NCBI GenBank assembly: GCA_002897895.1
Contig: BDSY01000106.1
Location: 1,922-65,921 of the forward strand
DNA: 64,000 nucleotides
Source of the DNA: a bacterium BMS3Abin06
GTDB taxonomy: Bacteria; Nitrospirota; Thermodesulfovibrionia; UBA6902
Reading direction: 5' to 3'
Both the position numbers and the translations under genes were made by a program. Under the pieces are notes generated by a model, which saw only the letters and a program-made list of their open reading frames with translations, did not search any database and was not told the DNA's origin. This document shows positions 33,297 through 41,915 of this stretch, piece after piece; positions within the stretch are counted from its first letter, which is position 1; each line of letters opens with the position of its first letter.

Positions 33297-34190
33297 ATGA
33301 ACAGGCTGACCGACAGCGAATTAATACAAGAACTTAATAAAAGATTTAAGGAAAACGAGGAAGCGCTTAACGCCCTGAGGGTAATGACGAAAAAGCTTGA
33401 GAAATTGAACAGGAAACTGCAGGAGGCAGAGTCATTAAAAAGCAATTTTCTTTCAAACATAAGGAACGAGATAAACAACCCGCTGACGTCCATTATATGC
33501 ATGTCAAAAGAACTTGCAGGAGAAACATTAGACAGCGAAACAGTTTCATCAATAGCCGGCATGATACATTCAGAGGCATTTAACCTTGATTCCCAGTTAA
33601 GGAATATCTTTGCTGCCGCAGAGTTCGAAGCAGGAGAGGCAGCCCTGAGTATATCCAAAGTGGATATGGATATGCTTATAAACAGTACGATTGAATTATT
33701 AGATCATAAAGCGGATAAGAAAAGAATAAAGGTGAATTATATGTCGCTGGATGAGTCAGGGGATGAAACTTATTTTAACACAGATTCTGAAAAAGTCCAG
33801 ATCGTCATTTTTAATCTCCTGGGCAATGCCATTGAATATAGCCATGAAGAAGGACAGGTGGAATTAAAGGCATGGAGACATGAGGGGCACATGAATATCT
33901 CTGTGAAAGATCATGGGATGGGGATGGATGTACCAGACCAGGAAATAATTTTTGACAGGTTCAGACAGCTTGACACAGGCGTTGCAAAAAGTCATTCAGG
34001 TCACGGCCTTGGCCTCAGTATAATAAAGGCCGCAATCGAATTGTTATATGGAACGGTTTCCATTGAATGTGTTAAGGACAAGGGGTGTGTTTTTACAATA
34101 TCTATACCTGAGGCAGAGAGTGAGATGGAAGCATATACCATTTCAAATGACGGCAATGAGTTCATTTTCGAAGGGGTGGAAGAATTTTAG
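33297..34190 (+). CDS. soluble histidine-kinase-like protein with His-less H-box (H->N) and an intact HATPase
   Basis: H-box position reads FLSNIRNEINNPLTSI (compare AHEINNPL in 20122 and 36144). N/G boxes NLLGNAIEYS, DHGMGMD, GHGLGLSI are intact. Confidence 0.7.
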   Translation: MNRLTDSELIQELNKRFKENEEALNALRVMTKKLEKLNRKLQEAESLKSNFLSNIRNEINNPLTSIICMSKELAGETLDSETVSSIAGMIHSEAFNLDSQLRNIFAAAEFEAGEAALSISKVDMDMLINSTIELLDHKADKKRIKVNYMSLDESGDETYFNTDSEKVQIVIFNLLGNAIEYSHEEGQVELKAWRHEGHMNISVKDHGMGMDVPDQEIIFDRFRQLDTGVAKSHSGHGLGLSIIKAAIELLYGTVSIECVKDKGCVFTISIPEAESEMEAYTISNDGNEFIFEGVEEF

Positions 34191-34201
34191 GAGGGGGGTG
34201 T

Positions 34202-34684
34202 ATGGAGACAAAAGAAGCCGTAAAAACACATTTTCTGCATCCCGGAGGGATTTTTGCCGATAAAAGCGAATGTCTTGTAACTACCATTCTCGGTTCATGT
34301 GTGTCGGTTTGTCTATTGGATCCTGTGTTGAAAATAAGCGGGATAAACCATTATATGCTTGCTTTATGGAATGGAGAAGGTCTGCCCTCTCCCCGGTATG
34401 GCAATATTGCAATAACAAAACTGATCGAGAAGATGCTTGGCCTCGGGAGTAAAAAACAGGATCTAAGAGCAAAGGTCTTCGGCGGTGCATCTTTAATCCA
34501 GAGTTCGAGCGGCTTCTTAAATATCGGCAAGCGTAATATTTTAATAGCTGAGGATATGCTGCGGGATGAAAATATACAGATAATAAGCCGTGATGTTGAG
34601 GGGAATGCCGGACGCAAGCTGATTTTAAATACAAAAACAGGGAGTGTTTTATTAAAGAAAGTCATAAAAAAACAGATAAGATGA
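34202..34684 (+). CDS. cheD: CheD-like deamidase (second copy)
   Basis: 160 aa. TTILGSCVSVCLLDP...HYMLALW. Confidence 0.7.
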   Translation: METKEAVKTHFLHPGGIFADKSECLVTTILGSCVSVCLLDPVLKISGINHYMLALWNGEGLPSPRYGNIAITKLIEKMLGLGSKKQDLRAKVFGGASLIQSSSGFLNIGKRNILIAEDMLRDENIQIISRDVEGNAGRKLILNTKTGSVLLKKVIKKQIR

Positions 34685-34754
34685 TTTTTCCGATGGGATG
34701 TAAATCCATTAACCGGCAAAAAGAAAAAAGCTGAAAACAAAGAGAGATTAAGTT

Positions 34755-35840
34755 ATGCATTCAAAAGATAACAAAGGACAATCTGGAATAGATCCTGATA
34801 ATGTAATGAAAGATTTATCAAATATGCGCCAGGGGATCCGTACACTCATGAATACTATAACCGGTATGACCGAGCTAATCCTTGATACGGACCTGACACA
34901 GGAGCAAAAAGAAAACATTAAAATTACCAGGCAATCTGCCGACTCTCTCCTTGATCTGATAAACAGTATCTTGGATATTTCAAAACCCGGCATCGGCCAT
35001 GAGTCGATAACACAGCGCCATGCTTCAGAGAACAGTGGCGTTGAGGGCGAATTTTCCACAAAGAAGATTCATATCCTTCTTGCCGAGGACAATGTCCTGA
35101 ACCAGAAAGTAACTGTCCGCATTTTAGAGAAACAGGGACATTCCGTGGAAGTCGCAGCCAACGGCAAAGAAGCGCTTTATATCCTGGGGAAAAAGCATTT
35201 TGACCTTGTGCTCATGGATATCCAGATGCCGGATATGGACGGGATAGTAGCCACACGGATAATCAGGAAATCAAAAGACGCGGGCATTGACCCTGGGATT
35301 CCGATCATCGCCCTGACCGCCCATGCCTTTCAGCGGGATAAAGAAGAGTGCCTGAAAGCTGGAATGAACGGTTATATTACAAAACCATTTAAAAAGCAGG
35401 AACTTCTCAGTAAAATTGAACGGCTTGTCTCAGGTAATGGCTCTGCTGCCGGGGTTAAAACAACTACAGTCTCATACGCCGGTGATGTAGTAGTAGACAG
35501 GGTAGAGTCCCTGTCACGGCTTGACGGTGATGAAGAACTTCTCCGGGAACTCTGGGAGATATTCATTGATGACACTCCCGGGCAGATGCAGGCTCTCAAA
35601 AAAGCTATAGATACCGGCGACTTTGTAATAGTGGAACGTACAGCACACTCGCTAAAGAGCGCTGCCGCCAATATTGGCGCAAATTTAATGAGGGCTGAGG
35701 CATTCAGTATCGAGCTGGCCGGGAAATATAACAATATAGATAATGCCCGTATATTATATGAAAAGCTTGAATATGAATTTAAAAGGCTACTGGAAACACT
35801 TACCGGCCTGCTCAGTATATATCATAAGGTCCATCATTAA
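34755..35840 (+). CDS. REC-Hpt phosphotransfer protein with a degenerate HisKA remnant (H->Q) and no HATPase
   Basis: N-terminus [21 protein letters not shown] aligns with [20 protein letters not shown] (D in [12 protein letters not shown]). Hpt [16 protein letters not shown]. About 80% DNA identity to the REC-Hpt part of 23098. Confidence 0.75.
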   Translation: MHSKDNKGQSGIDPDNVMKDLSNMRQGIRTLMNTITGMTELILDTDLTQEQKENIKITRQSADSLLDLINSILDISKPGIGHESITQRHASENSGVEGEFSTKKIHILLAEDNVLNQKVTVRILEKQGHSVEVAANGKEALYILGKKHFDLVLMDIQMPDMDGIVATRIIRKSKDAGIDPGIPIIALTAHAFQRDKEECLKAGMNGYITKPFKKQELLSKIERLVSGNGSAAGVKTTTVSYAGDVVVDRVESLSRLDGDEELLRELWEIFIDDTPGQMQALKKAIDTGDFVIVERTAHSLKSAAANIGANLMRAEAFSIELAGKYNNIDNARILYEKLEYEFKRLLETLTGLLSIYHKVHH

Positions 35841-35858
35841 AAACATCGTAATAGGTTA

Positions 35859-35953
35859 CAGGGTACAGTTGTCAGGGTGCAGGGTGCAGAAAAAAACGGC
35901 CCGGTTTCAGGATATATTCATTCTTTACCCTGACAACTGCCCTCTGCACCCTG
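35859..35953. repeat. MITE/REP-like element, copy 3 (shorter core)
   Basis: cagggtacagttgtcagggtgcagggtgcag ... ccctgacaactgccctctgcaccctg. Lies 3' of 34755. Confidence 0.7.
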
Positions 35954-36143
35954 TGAACGGTTATAACAATTCCTGAGTTTTTTTAAAATCTTCAATGAAA
36001 ATCTTTAAAAACTTCTTGGATTTTTTAATTGAATACATATTATTATTTATCAATAGCTTGCTGCTAAGCAATATTGGATTAACTCCCTGATAAACGGATG
36101 GAGACCTTGAATTTAAGAAGAGATTTCAGGATGGGAAAGGCAT

Positions 36144-37418
36144 ATGGCCGATATGACCGGACGTAGACAGGAGGAAGAGAGCGGGAAGAATGTGGAAGAG
36201 GCACTGCGGAAAAAAGAGAGGCAGCTTGCAGCCTCCCAGAGGGTCGCCCGTCTCGGCAGCTGGGAGTGGGATATTGTCAACAACAAGATAACCTGGTCTG
36301 ATGAGCTTTACCGCATATTCGGCTTAAAGCCGCAGGAGTTTGAAGCGACTTATGAGGCATTTTTGAATGTGGTGCATCCGGACGACAGGGAAAAACTTGA
36401 CAGTGCGGTAAAAAAGTCACTGAGCGATAAAAAGCCTTATCACGTTGATGCCCGCATTATTCGCCCGGATGGGTCGGAATGGGTGATGGAAGCACGCGGA
36501 GAGGTAACGTACGATAAATCCGGCAACCCGCTTTTAATGGGGGGCACTGCCCAGGACGTCACAGAACGCAAACAGATAGAGGAAGACCTGCTCAGACACC
36601 GCAAAGAGCTGTCCCTGTTAATAGAAGATAAAACTTCTGAACTGAAAGCAGTCATTGAACTTCTCCAGGACGAGATCGCGAGGCGCAGGACTGTTGAGGC
36701 GGAAGCTGTACGCGCCGGCCACCTGGCAGCGCTCGGTGAATTAGCTGCGGGTGTGGCCCATGAAATCAACAACCCCATTAACGGCATTATAAATTATACC
36801 CAGATACTGGCAAACAGGAGCAAAAAGGGAAGCGAGGAACACGATATTGCCAATAGAATTATAAAGGAGAGCAACCGCATTGCCGGCATTGTCAGCAATC
36901 TCCTTTCATTTGCCCGCGACAGGAAAGACGAAAAAATTCCAACCGGAATTCAGGATGTATTGTCAGACTCGCTTGCCCTTATCGAAACACAAATAAGAAA
37001 AGAGGGCATCAGGCTCAAGGTCGACATTCCGTCAAATCTGCCCGCAGTCTCTGCCCAGCCGCAGCAGCTCGAACAGGTATTTTTAAATATAATAAGTAAT
37101 GCACGCTATGCCCTTAACCAGAAATATCCGGGAGCAGATGACAATAAAACCCTTGAAATCCTTGGAGAAAAAGCAACTTTAAACAATAGCCGGCATATAC
37201 GCATAATATTTCATGACAGGGGGACAGGAATCAAAAATGAAATACTTGATAAAATAATAAACCCGTTTTTTTCAACCAAATCCGCTGACAAGGGTACAGG
37301 ACTTGGGTTAAGTATCAGCCATGGTATTATAAGTAACCATGGAGGCAAACTTATCATTGAAAGTATCGAAGGAGAGTTTACGAGAGTAATAATTGAACTA
37401 CCGGCCATGAAGAAATGA
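36144..37418 (+). CDS. cytoplasmic PAS histidine kinase
   Basis: 424 aa. PAS (LGSWEWDIVNNKITWSDELYRIFG). H-box VAHEINNPINGI. HATPase NARYAL, DRGTGI, GTGLGLSIS. Confidence 0.85.
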   Translation: MADMTGRRQEEESGKNVEEALRKKERQLAASQRVARLGSWEWDIVNNKITWSDELYRIFGLKPQEFEATYEAFLNVVHPDDREKLDSAVKKSLSDKKPYHVDARIIRPDGSEWVMEARGEVTYDKSGNPLLMGGTAQDVTERKQIEEDLLRHRKELSLLIEDKTSELKAVIELLQDEIARRRTVEAEAVRAGHLAALGELAAGVAHEINNPINGIINYTQILANRSKKGSEEHDIANRIIKESNRIAGIVSNLLSFARDRKDEKIPTGIQDVLSDSLALIETQIRKEGIRLKVDIPSNLPAVSAQPQQLEQVFLNIISNARYALNQKYPGADDNKTLEILGEKATLNNSRHIRIIFHDRGTGIKNEILDKIINPFFSTKSADKGTGLGLSISHGIISNHGGKLIIESIEGEFTRVIIELPAMKK

Positions 37419-37427
37419 GTGACTGCG

Positions 37428-37539
37428 AAGGCACAGAGAAGCAAAGGCACAAAGGCACAGAGTTTAAAAAAAATATAAGGAAAGTTTTTATCCTTTTCTT
37501 TTACTTTGTGCCTTTGCTCCTCTGTGCCTCTGTGCCTTC
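37428..37539. repeat. palindromic element built from GGCACA(A/G)AG nonamers (36-nt arms, ~40-nt A/T loop)
   Basis: gaaggcacagagaagcaaaggcacaaaggcacagag ... ctttgtgcctttgctcctctgtgcctctgtgccttc. Lies between the kinase stop and the sigma-54 activator start. Confidence 0.65.
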
Positions 37540-37560
37540 GCTGTTAAAAAGGTAAAACAT

Positions 37561-39261
37561 ATGTCCAGGATTTTAGTTGTCGACGACGAAGAAAGCATTC
37601 GTTTTACATTTGATAGTTTTCTCTCGGATGAAGGGTATGAGGTGACCACTGCCGCAGACTACGATGAAGCCATGGGCAGGCTGCTTGAAAAGGATTTTGA
37701 TTTGATATTCATGGATATCGTTTTAGGCGGGAAGACAGGAATCGATCTCCTGCAGGAAGTAAGGAAGAGGGAACTTCACTGTCCTGTAGTCATGATAACA
37801 GGATATCCTAATGTTGAAACAGCGTCCGGCGCTCTCCGGTCCGGTGCCTTTGACTATATATATAAACCGGTAAACCAGGAGACCCTGCTTCATACAGCCG
37901 TCATGGCATTGCAGTACAAGACCCTCCAGGATGAAAACGAGAAATACCGCCTGAATCTTGAAGCAATTTTCAGGAGTGTAAAAGATGCCATCATTACAGT
38001 AGATAAAGATATGGTAGTGCTTGAAGTTAATGAAGCGGCTGAAAATATTTGCGGCATTAATCGCAGCTTTATCGGCAAGACCCTCGGCGCCTTTCAGACA
38101 GACTGCATTTATAAATGTCTTGATACCCTCAGAGAAACCATCACTAAAAAAAAGGCGGTTGAAGTATATCGCACTGAATGTATACATAATGGCCGGTTCA
38201 GGCAGGTTGTATCAATAAACACATCCCCTCTTTTAGACAGTAAGGGCGAATTCTCCGGCGCTGTCATGGTTGTGAGGGATGAAACCCGCCTGAATGATCT
38301 CGAGCGCAATCTGCGGGAACGCCGGCAATTTCATCATATTATCGGACAGAATAAAACCATGCAGAAAATTTACTCGCTTATAGAAGACCTGGCCGATGTG
38401 CAAACCACGGTACTGATTACCGGTGAAAGCGGAACCGGCAAAGAACTGGTTGCTGAAGCAATTCACTACAAGGGTATACGAAGCAGCAAACCCCTGGTAA
38501 AAGTAAACTGCTCGGCCCTGTCTGAAAGCCTGCTTGAAAGCGAACTCTTCGGCCATGTGAGGGGAGCATTTACAGGGGCTGAGAAAGACAGGACAGGCCG
38601 CTTTCAAAGGGCGGACGGCGGGACCATCTTTCTGGATGAAATAGGTGATCTCTCTCCGGGGATGCAGCTGCGTCTACTCAGGGTAATCCAGGAAAAGGAG
38701 TTTGAGCGTGTAGGAGACTCTACCCCTCTGAAGGCGGATGTTCGTGTTATTGCTGCCACAAATCAGGATCTGGCGGAAAAAGTCAGGCTTGGCGAATTCA
38801 GGGAAGACCTCTATTACCGCCTGAAAGTCGTTGAACTGGCATTACCGCCCCTCAGGGAACGAAGGGACGATATACCGTTTCTGACAGATTATTTTCAGCA
38901 GAAGTTCAACAACAAATTCAATAAAAATATTATAGCTTTCTCTCAAGAAGTCCGGAAGAGGTTTATGGATTATGCCTGGCCCGGCAATGTCAGAGAGCTT
39001 GAACATGCGATCGAGCATGCATTTGTCACAGCACACCAGAATACCATAACTGTTGACCGGCTTCCCCTGAGCTTCCATGAACTTGCGGAAGAAATTACCC
39101 CGTTGACAAAACATGAGACGGAATCAGGCCGTGACACTCTCCTGGATGCACTGAAAAAGACCGGATGGAACAAATCCAAAGCAGCCCGCCTCCTGGGTAT
39201 AAACGTACGGACGATTTACCGGAAAATCGAAAAGTACAATATTAAGACAGAAGAAATATAA
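37561..39261 (+). CDS. sigma-54-dependent transcriptional activator (REC-PAS-AAA+-HTH, NtrC/Fis family)
   Basis: 566 aa. REC with D in IFMDIVL. Walker A GESGTGKE. GAFTGA motif. ESELFGH. C-terminal Fis-type HTH. Confidence 0.9.
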   Translation: MSRILVVDDEESIRFTFDSFLSDEGYEVTTAADYDEAMGRLLEKDFDLIFMDIVLGGKTGIDLLQEVRKRELHCPVVMITGYPNVETASGALRSGAFDYIYKPVNQETLLHTAVMALQYKTLQDENEKYRLNLEAIFRSVKDAIITVDKDMVVLEVNEAAENICGINRSFIGKTLGAFQTDCIYKCLDTLRETITKKKAVEVYRTECIHNGRFRQVVSINTSPLLDSKGEFSGAVMVVRDETRLNDLERNLRERRQFHHIIGQNKTMQKIYSLIEDLADVQTTVLITGESGTGKELVAEAIHYKGIRSSKPLVKVNCSALSESLLESELFGHVRGAFTGAEKDRTGRFQRADGGTIFLDEIGDLSPGMQLRLLRVIQEKEFERVGDSTPLKADVRVIAATNQDLAEKVRLGEFREDLYYRLKVVELALPPLRERRDDIPFLTDYFQQKFNNKFNKNIIAFSQEVRKRFMDYAWPGNVRELEHAIEHAFVTAHQNTITVDRLPLSFHELAEEITPLTKHETESGRDTLLDALKKTGWNKSKAARLLGINVRTIYRKIEKYNIKTEEI

Positions 39262-39644
39262 ACATTCTAAAAGCATGACATGTCATGTTTTCATGACAGC
39301 ATGTTTTCATGACATGTCATACATCCCCCCTTCGATAATCTCAATTTTCACGATCAGAAGCCCTTTCAAAAGTCCTTTATTTGTCTTCATGGATTTGTTT
39401 CAGGGTCTCACAACACATTGATTTTACGAGATTCTGAAACAAGTTGAGAATGAGAGTTGATAGCATTTTCAGACTTTTGAAAGGGCTTCAAATATCTCGC
39501 ATATCGCTGGCATAATTCTTGTAGTATATTTTCTTATCAGTGGGGATTCTCCCTTGGAATTTATTTAAAAGCAATTGAGTCTCTATATAAACTGATCCCG
39601 GATATGGCGGGACAATGGAGGTGAATCAGGGAGGGCTGATAATA

Positions 39645-39863
39645 ATGAATTCTCATATAAATAGTAAATTGTGCCCTTTTGTTAAAAAACCGTTTACTGA
39701 TTGTTACTGCTTTAACCTGACCAGTAGAGACATTAATTCGGCAATACATTATTGCAGCAGTGATTTCAAATCATGTGATATCTATAAAAGAGGGTCAGAC
39801 CGGCAAGAATTCCCCCCTCCCTCTGGTCGAAATGAGAGGCAAGGAGCCTTATGGAAAAAATGA
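39645..39863 (+). CDS. small Cys-rich hypothetical protein (paralog of 6562)
   Basis: MNSHINSKLCPFVKKPFTDCYCFNL...HYCSSDFKSCDIY. RBS gggaggg lies 9 nt upstream of this ATG. Overlaps the STAS gene by 13 bp. Confidence 0.35.
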   Translation: MNSHINSKLCPFVKKPFTDCYCFNLTSRDINSAIHYCSSDFKSCDIYKRGSDRQEFPPPSGRNERQGALWKK

Positions 39864-40189
39864 ACTTTACATTTGAACAATTCGGCAATGTAGGGATATT
39901 TAATCTGACCGGAGAGCTGACTGCAGAACATGAGGATGAATTATACCTGCTCCTCATGAGGGCAATACACAGTGACGGGCGTTCAGTGTTGAACCTGAAA
40001 AAAGTCACGAGAATTGATCTTACATGTTTAAAATTGCTCGAAAAAGCCTGTTGCGCATCGATCCGGCTGAAAAACGCTATAATTCTGACCGAACTTCCAA
40101 AGCATTACTTATCAGAATTATTTAATCTCAGGACTGCTGATAGCATTAAGACCGAACAGCTTGCGAATCACGGTAAAAGCGCTGTTTAA
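39851..40189 (+). CDS. STAS-domain anti-sigma-factor antagonist-like protein
   Basis: 112 aa. GIFNLTGELTAEHEDELY...IDLTCLKLLEKAC resembles STAS/SpoIIAA. No clear phosphorylatable Ser/Thr at the aligned position. Confidence 0.75.
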   Translation: MEKMNFTFEQFGNVGIFNLTGELTAEHEDELYLLLMRAIHSDGRSVLNLKKVTRIDLTCLKLLEKACCASIRLKNAIILTELPKHYLSELFNLRTADSIKTEQLANHGKSAV

Positions 40190-40206
40190 GATTTAAAGTA
40201 ACTATT

Positions 40207-40323
40207 CAGGTAGGCACAAAGGCACATAGTGGCAAAGGCACAAAGTAAAAAAAGGGATGAAAAACTTCTCCTGTATTTCTGTAACCCTTTGTGCCTATGT
40301 GCCTTTGTTACTTTGTACCTGAG
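40207..40323. repeat. palindromic GGCACA(A/T)AG nonamer element, copy 2
   Basis: gtaggcacaaaggcacatagtggcaaaggcacaaagtaa ... ctttgtgcctatgtgcctttgttactttgtacctgag. Lies between the STAS gene and rpoD-like paralog B. Confidence 0.65.
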
Positions 40324-40365
40324 TAGTTACAAATTTAAAATCATATACCTTGCAGGGGGGTAAAC

Positions 40366-41868
40366 ATGGCAGAACAGTCAGAGTATACAGGGCTTAAAGA
40401 CAACATATACACCGACAGTATAACAGAGGAGGCTGAAAACTCTGATCGCGGGACAAGAAGGGTTGTCCTTATGGCAAACTACTCTGCCGGAGACCCGATA
40501 AAAATCTATCTCAGAGACATGGAATCACTCCCCCTTCTGAGCAAAGAGGGCGAGGTGGAGATTGCCCGGAAAATAGAAATTGAGAAAGAAAAAATAGCCG
40601 GGTTTGTTTTTAAAGCTCCTTTTGTCTTTGAACAGATACTTGATTTTCCACATTTATTAAAAGGGGGGGAAGCGACGATAAACAATATTTGCATCATCGG
40701 TAAAGATATGTCCGATACAGACAAGGCAGATATTCTGGAAGAATTCTTAAAGACAGTCAGGTCACTGAAACATCTTATTCAAAAAAGAAACTCTTATATG
40801 CAGGAACCAGCCGATAAAAAACAGTGCAGGAGAAACGCAGAGACAATAAAGGCCCGGATAGAGAAAAACAATATTAAAGTAGTTAATAAAATTTCCGCCC
40901 TTCATCTCAAGGTAAAATTAATCGAGGGTTTTATATCCCAGTTTAAAAGACTGGCAGCCCTTTATATCAGCATAGTCAGGGAAACAGACAATATCCGGGG
41001 GGATGAAACCGGCACATTCCATACTAATTACATATTGCTTAAGAAAAAAATGGCGACTATAGAATCAGAACTCGGGCTTGAAGGAATTGAAGTGGAAAGG
41101 GCGTTAAACTCAATACAAAACAGTGAACGAGAGATTAATGAAGCAAGAAAGATTCTCACGGAGTCCAATCTAAGGCTTGTAATGAGCATAGCAAGGAAAT
41201 ACACAGGCAGGGGGCTCGCTTTAGCCGACCTTGTCCAGGAGGGCAATATCGGCCTCATGAAGGCTGTTGACAAATTCGATTATAAAAAAGGCTATAAATT
41301 CAGCACATATGCTACCTGGTGGATTAAACAGGCTATTACACGGGCGCTTGCGGATCAGGCAAGAACCATAAGGCTTCCTGTTCATATGATAGAAACCATC
41401 AACAGGCTGACACAGGTGTCAAAAGAACTTACACAGGAACTCGGCAGAGAGCCCGAGATAGAGGAAATTGCAAAACAGATGGAAATTCCCGTTGAAAAAA
41501 TCAGGGCAACTCTCAGGATATGCAGGGAACCGGTATCATTGGAGACTCCCATAGGAAACGACGAGGAGAGTCATCTGGAAGACCTTATAGAGGACAAGGC
41601 ATCGCTTATTCCCCTGGATGCCGTCATACAGCAGGAGCTGAAGACGCAGGTAAGAAAGGTTATAAATTCTCTCACCGGAAAAGAGGCTGAAATTATTAAA
41701 AAACGTTTTGGCATTGAAGAAGGCCACTCACAGACCCTCGAAGAAGTAGGCAGACATTTCAAAGTCACACGGGAGCGGATAAGGCAATTAGAAGGAAAGG
41801 CCATAAGAAAATTAAGACATCCGCTGAGAAGTTATTCCCTTAAACTTTTCCTGGAGAAAAATATTTAA
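40366..41868 (+). CDS. RpoD-like sigma-70 factor, paralog B
   Basis: 500 aa. [61 protein letters not shown]. Region 4 [27 protein letters not shown] gggggg. Confidence 0.85.
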   Translation: MAEQSEYTGLKDNIYTDSITEEAENSDRGTRRVVLMANYSAGDPIKIYLRDMESLPLLSKEGEVEIARKIEIEKEKIAGFVFKAPFVFEQILDFPHLLKGGEATINNICIIGKDMSDTDKADILEEFLKTVRSLKHLIQKRNSYMQEPADKKQCRRNAETIKARIEKNNIKVVNKISALHLKVKLIEGFISQFKRLAALYISIVRETDNIRGDETGTFHTNYILLKKKMATIESELGLEGIEVERALNSIQNSEREINEARKILTESNLRLVMSIARKYTGRGLALADLVQEGNIGLMKAVDKFDYKKGYKFSTYATWWIKQAITRALADQARTIRLPVHMIETINRLTQVSKELTQELGREPEIEEIAKQMEIPVEKIRATLRICREPVSLETPIGNDEESHLEDLIEDKASLIPLDAVIQQELKTQVRKVINSLTGKEAEIIKKRFGIEEGHSQTLEEVGRHFKVTRERIRQLEGKAIRKLRHPLRSYSLKLFLEKNI

Positions 41869-41915
41869 AAGAATAGAAGTTGAACACTTCCCCCCCTCCC
41901 TTTATAATTACTGTC

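Noticed and set aside
39508-39522. sigma-54 -24/-12 promoter (TGGCAT-N5-TTGT) downstream of the sigma-54 activator
   Set aside because: The -12 element has GT instead of the near-invariant GC. Kept only as a weak candidate within a finding, not as a feature.
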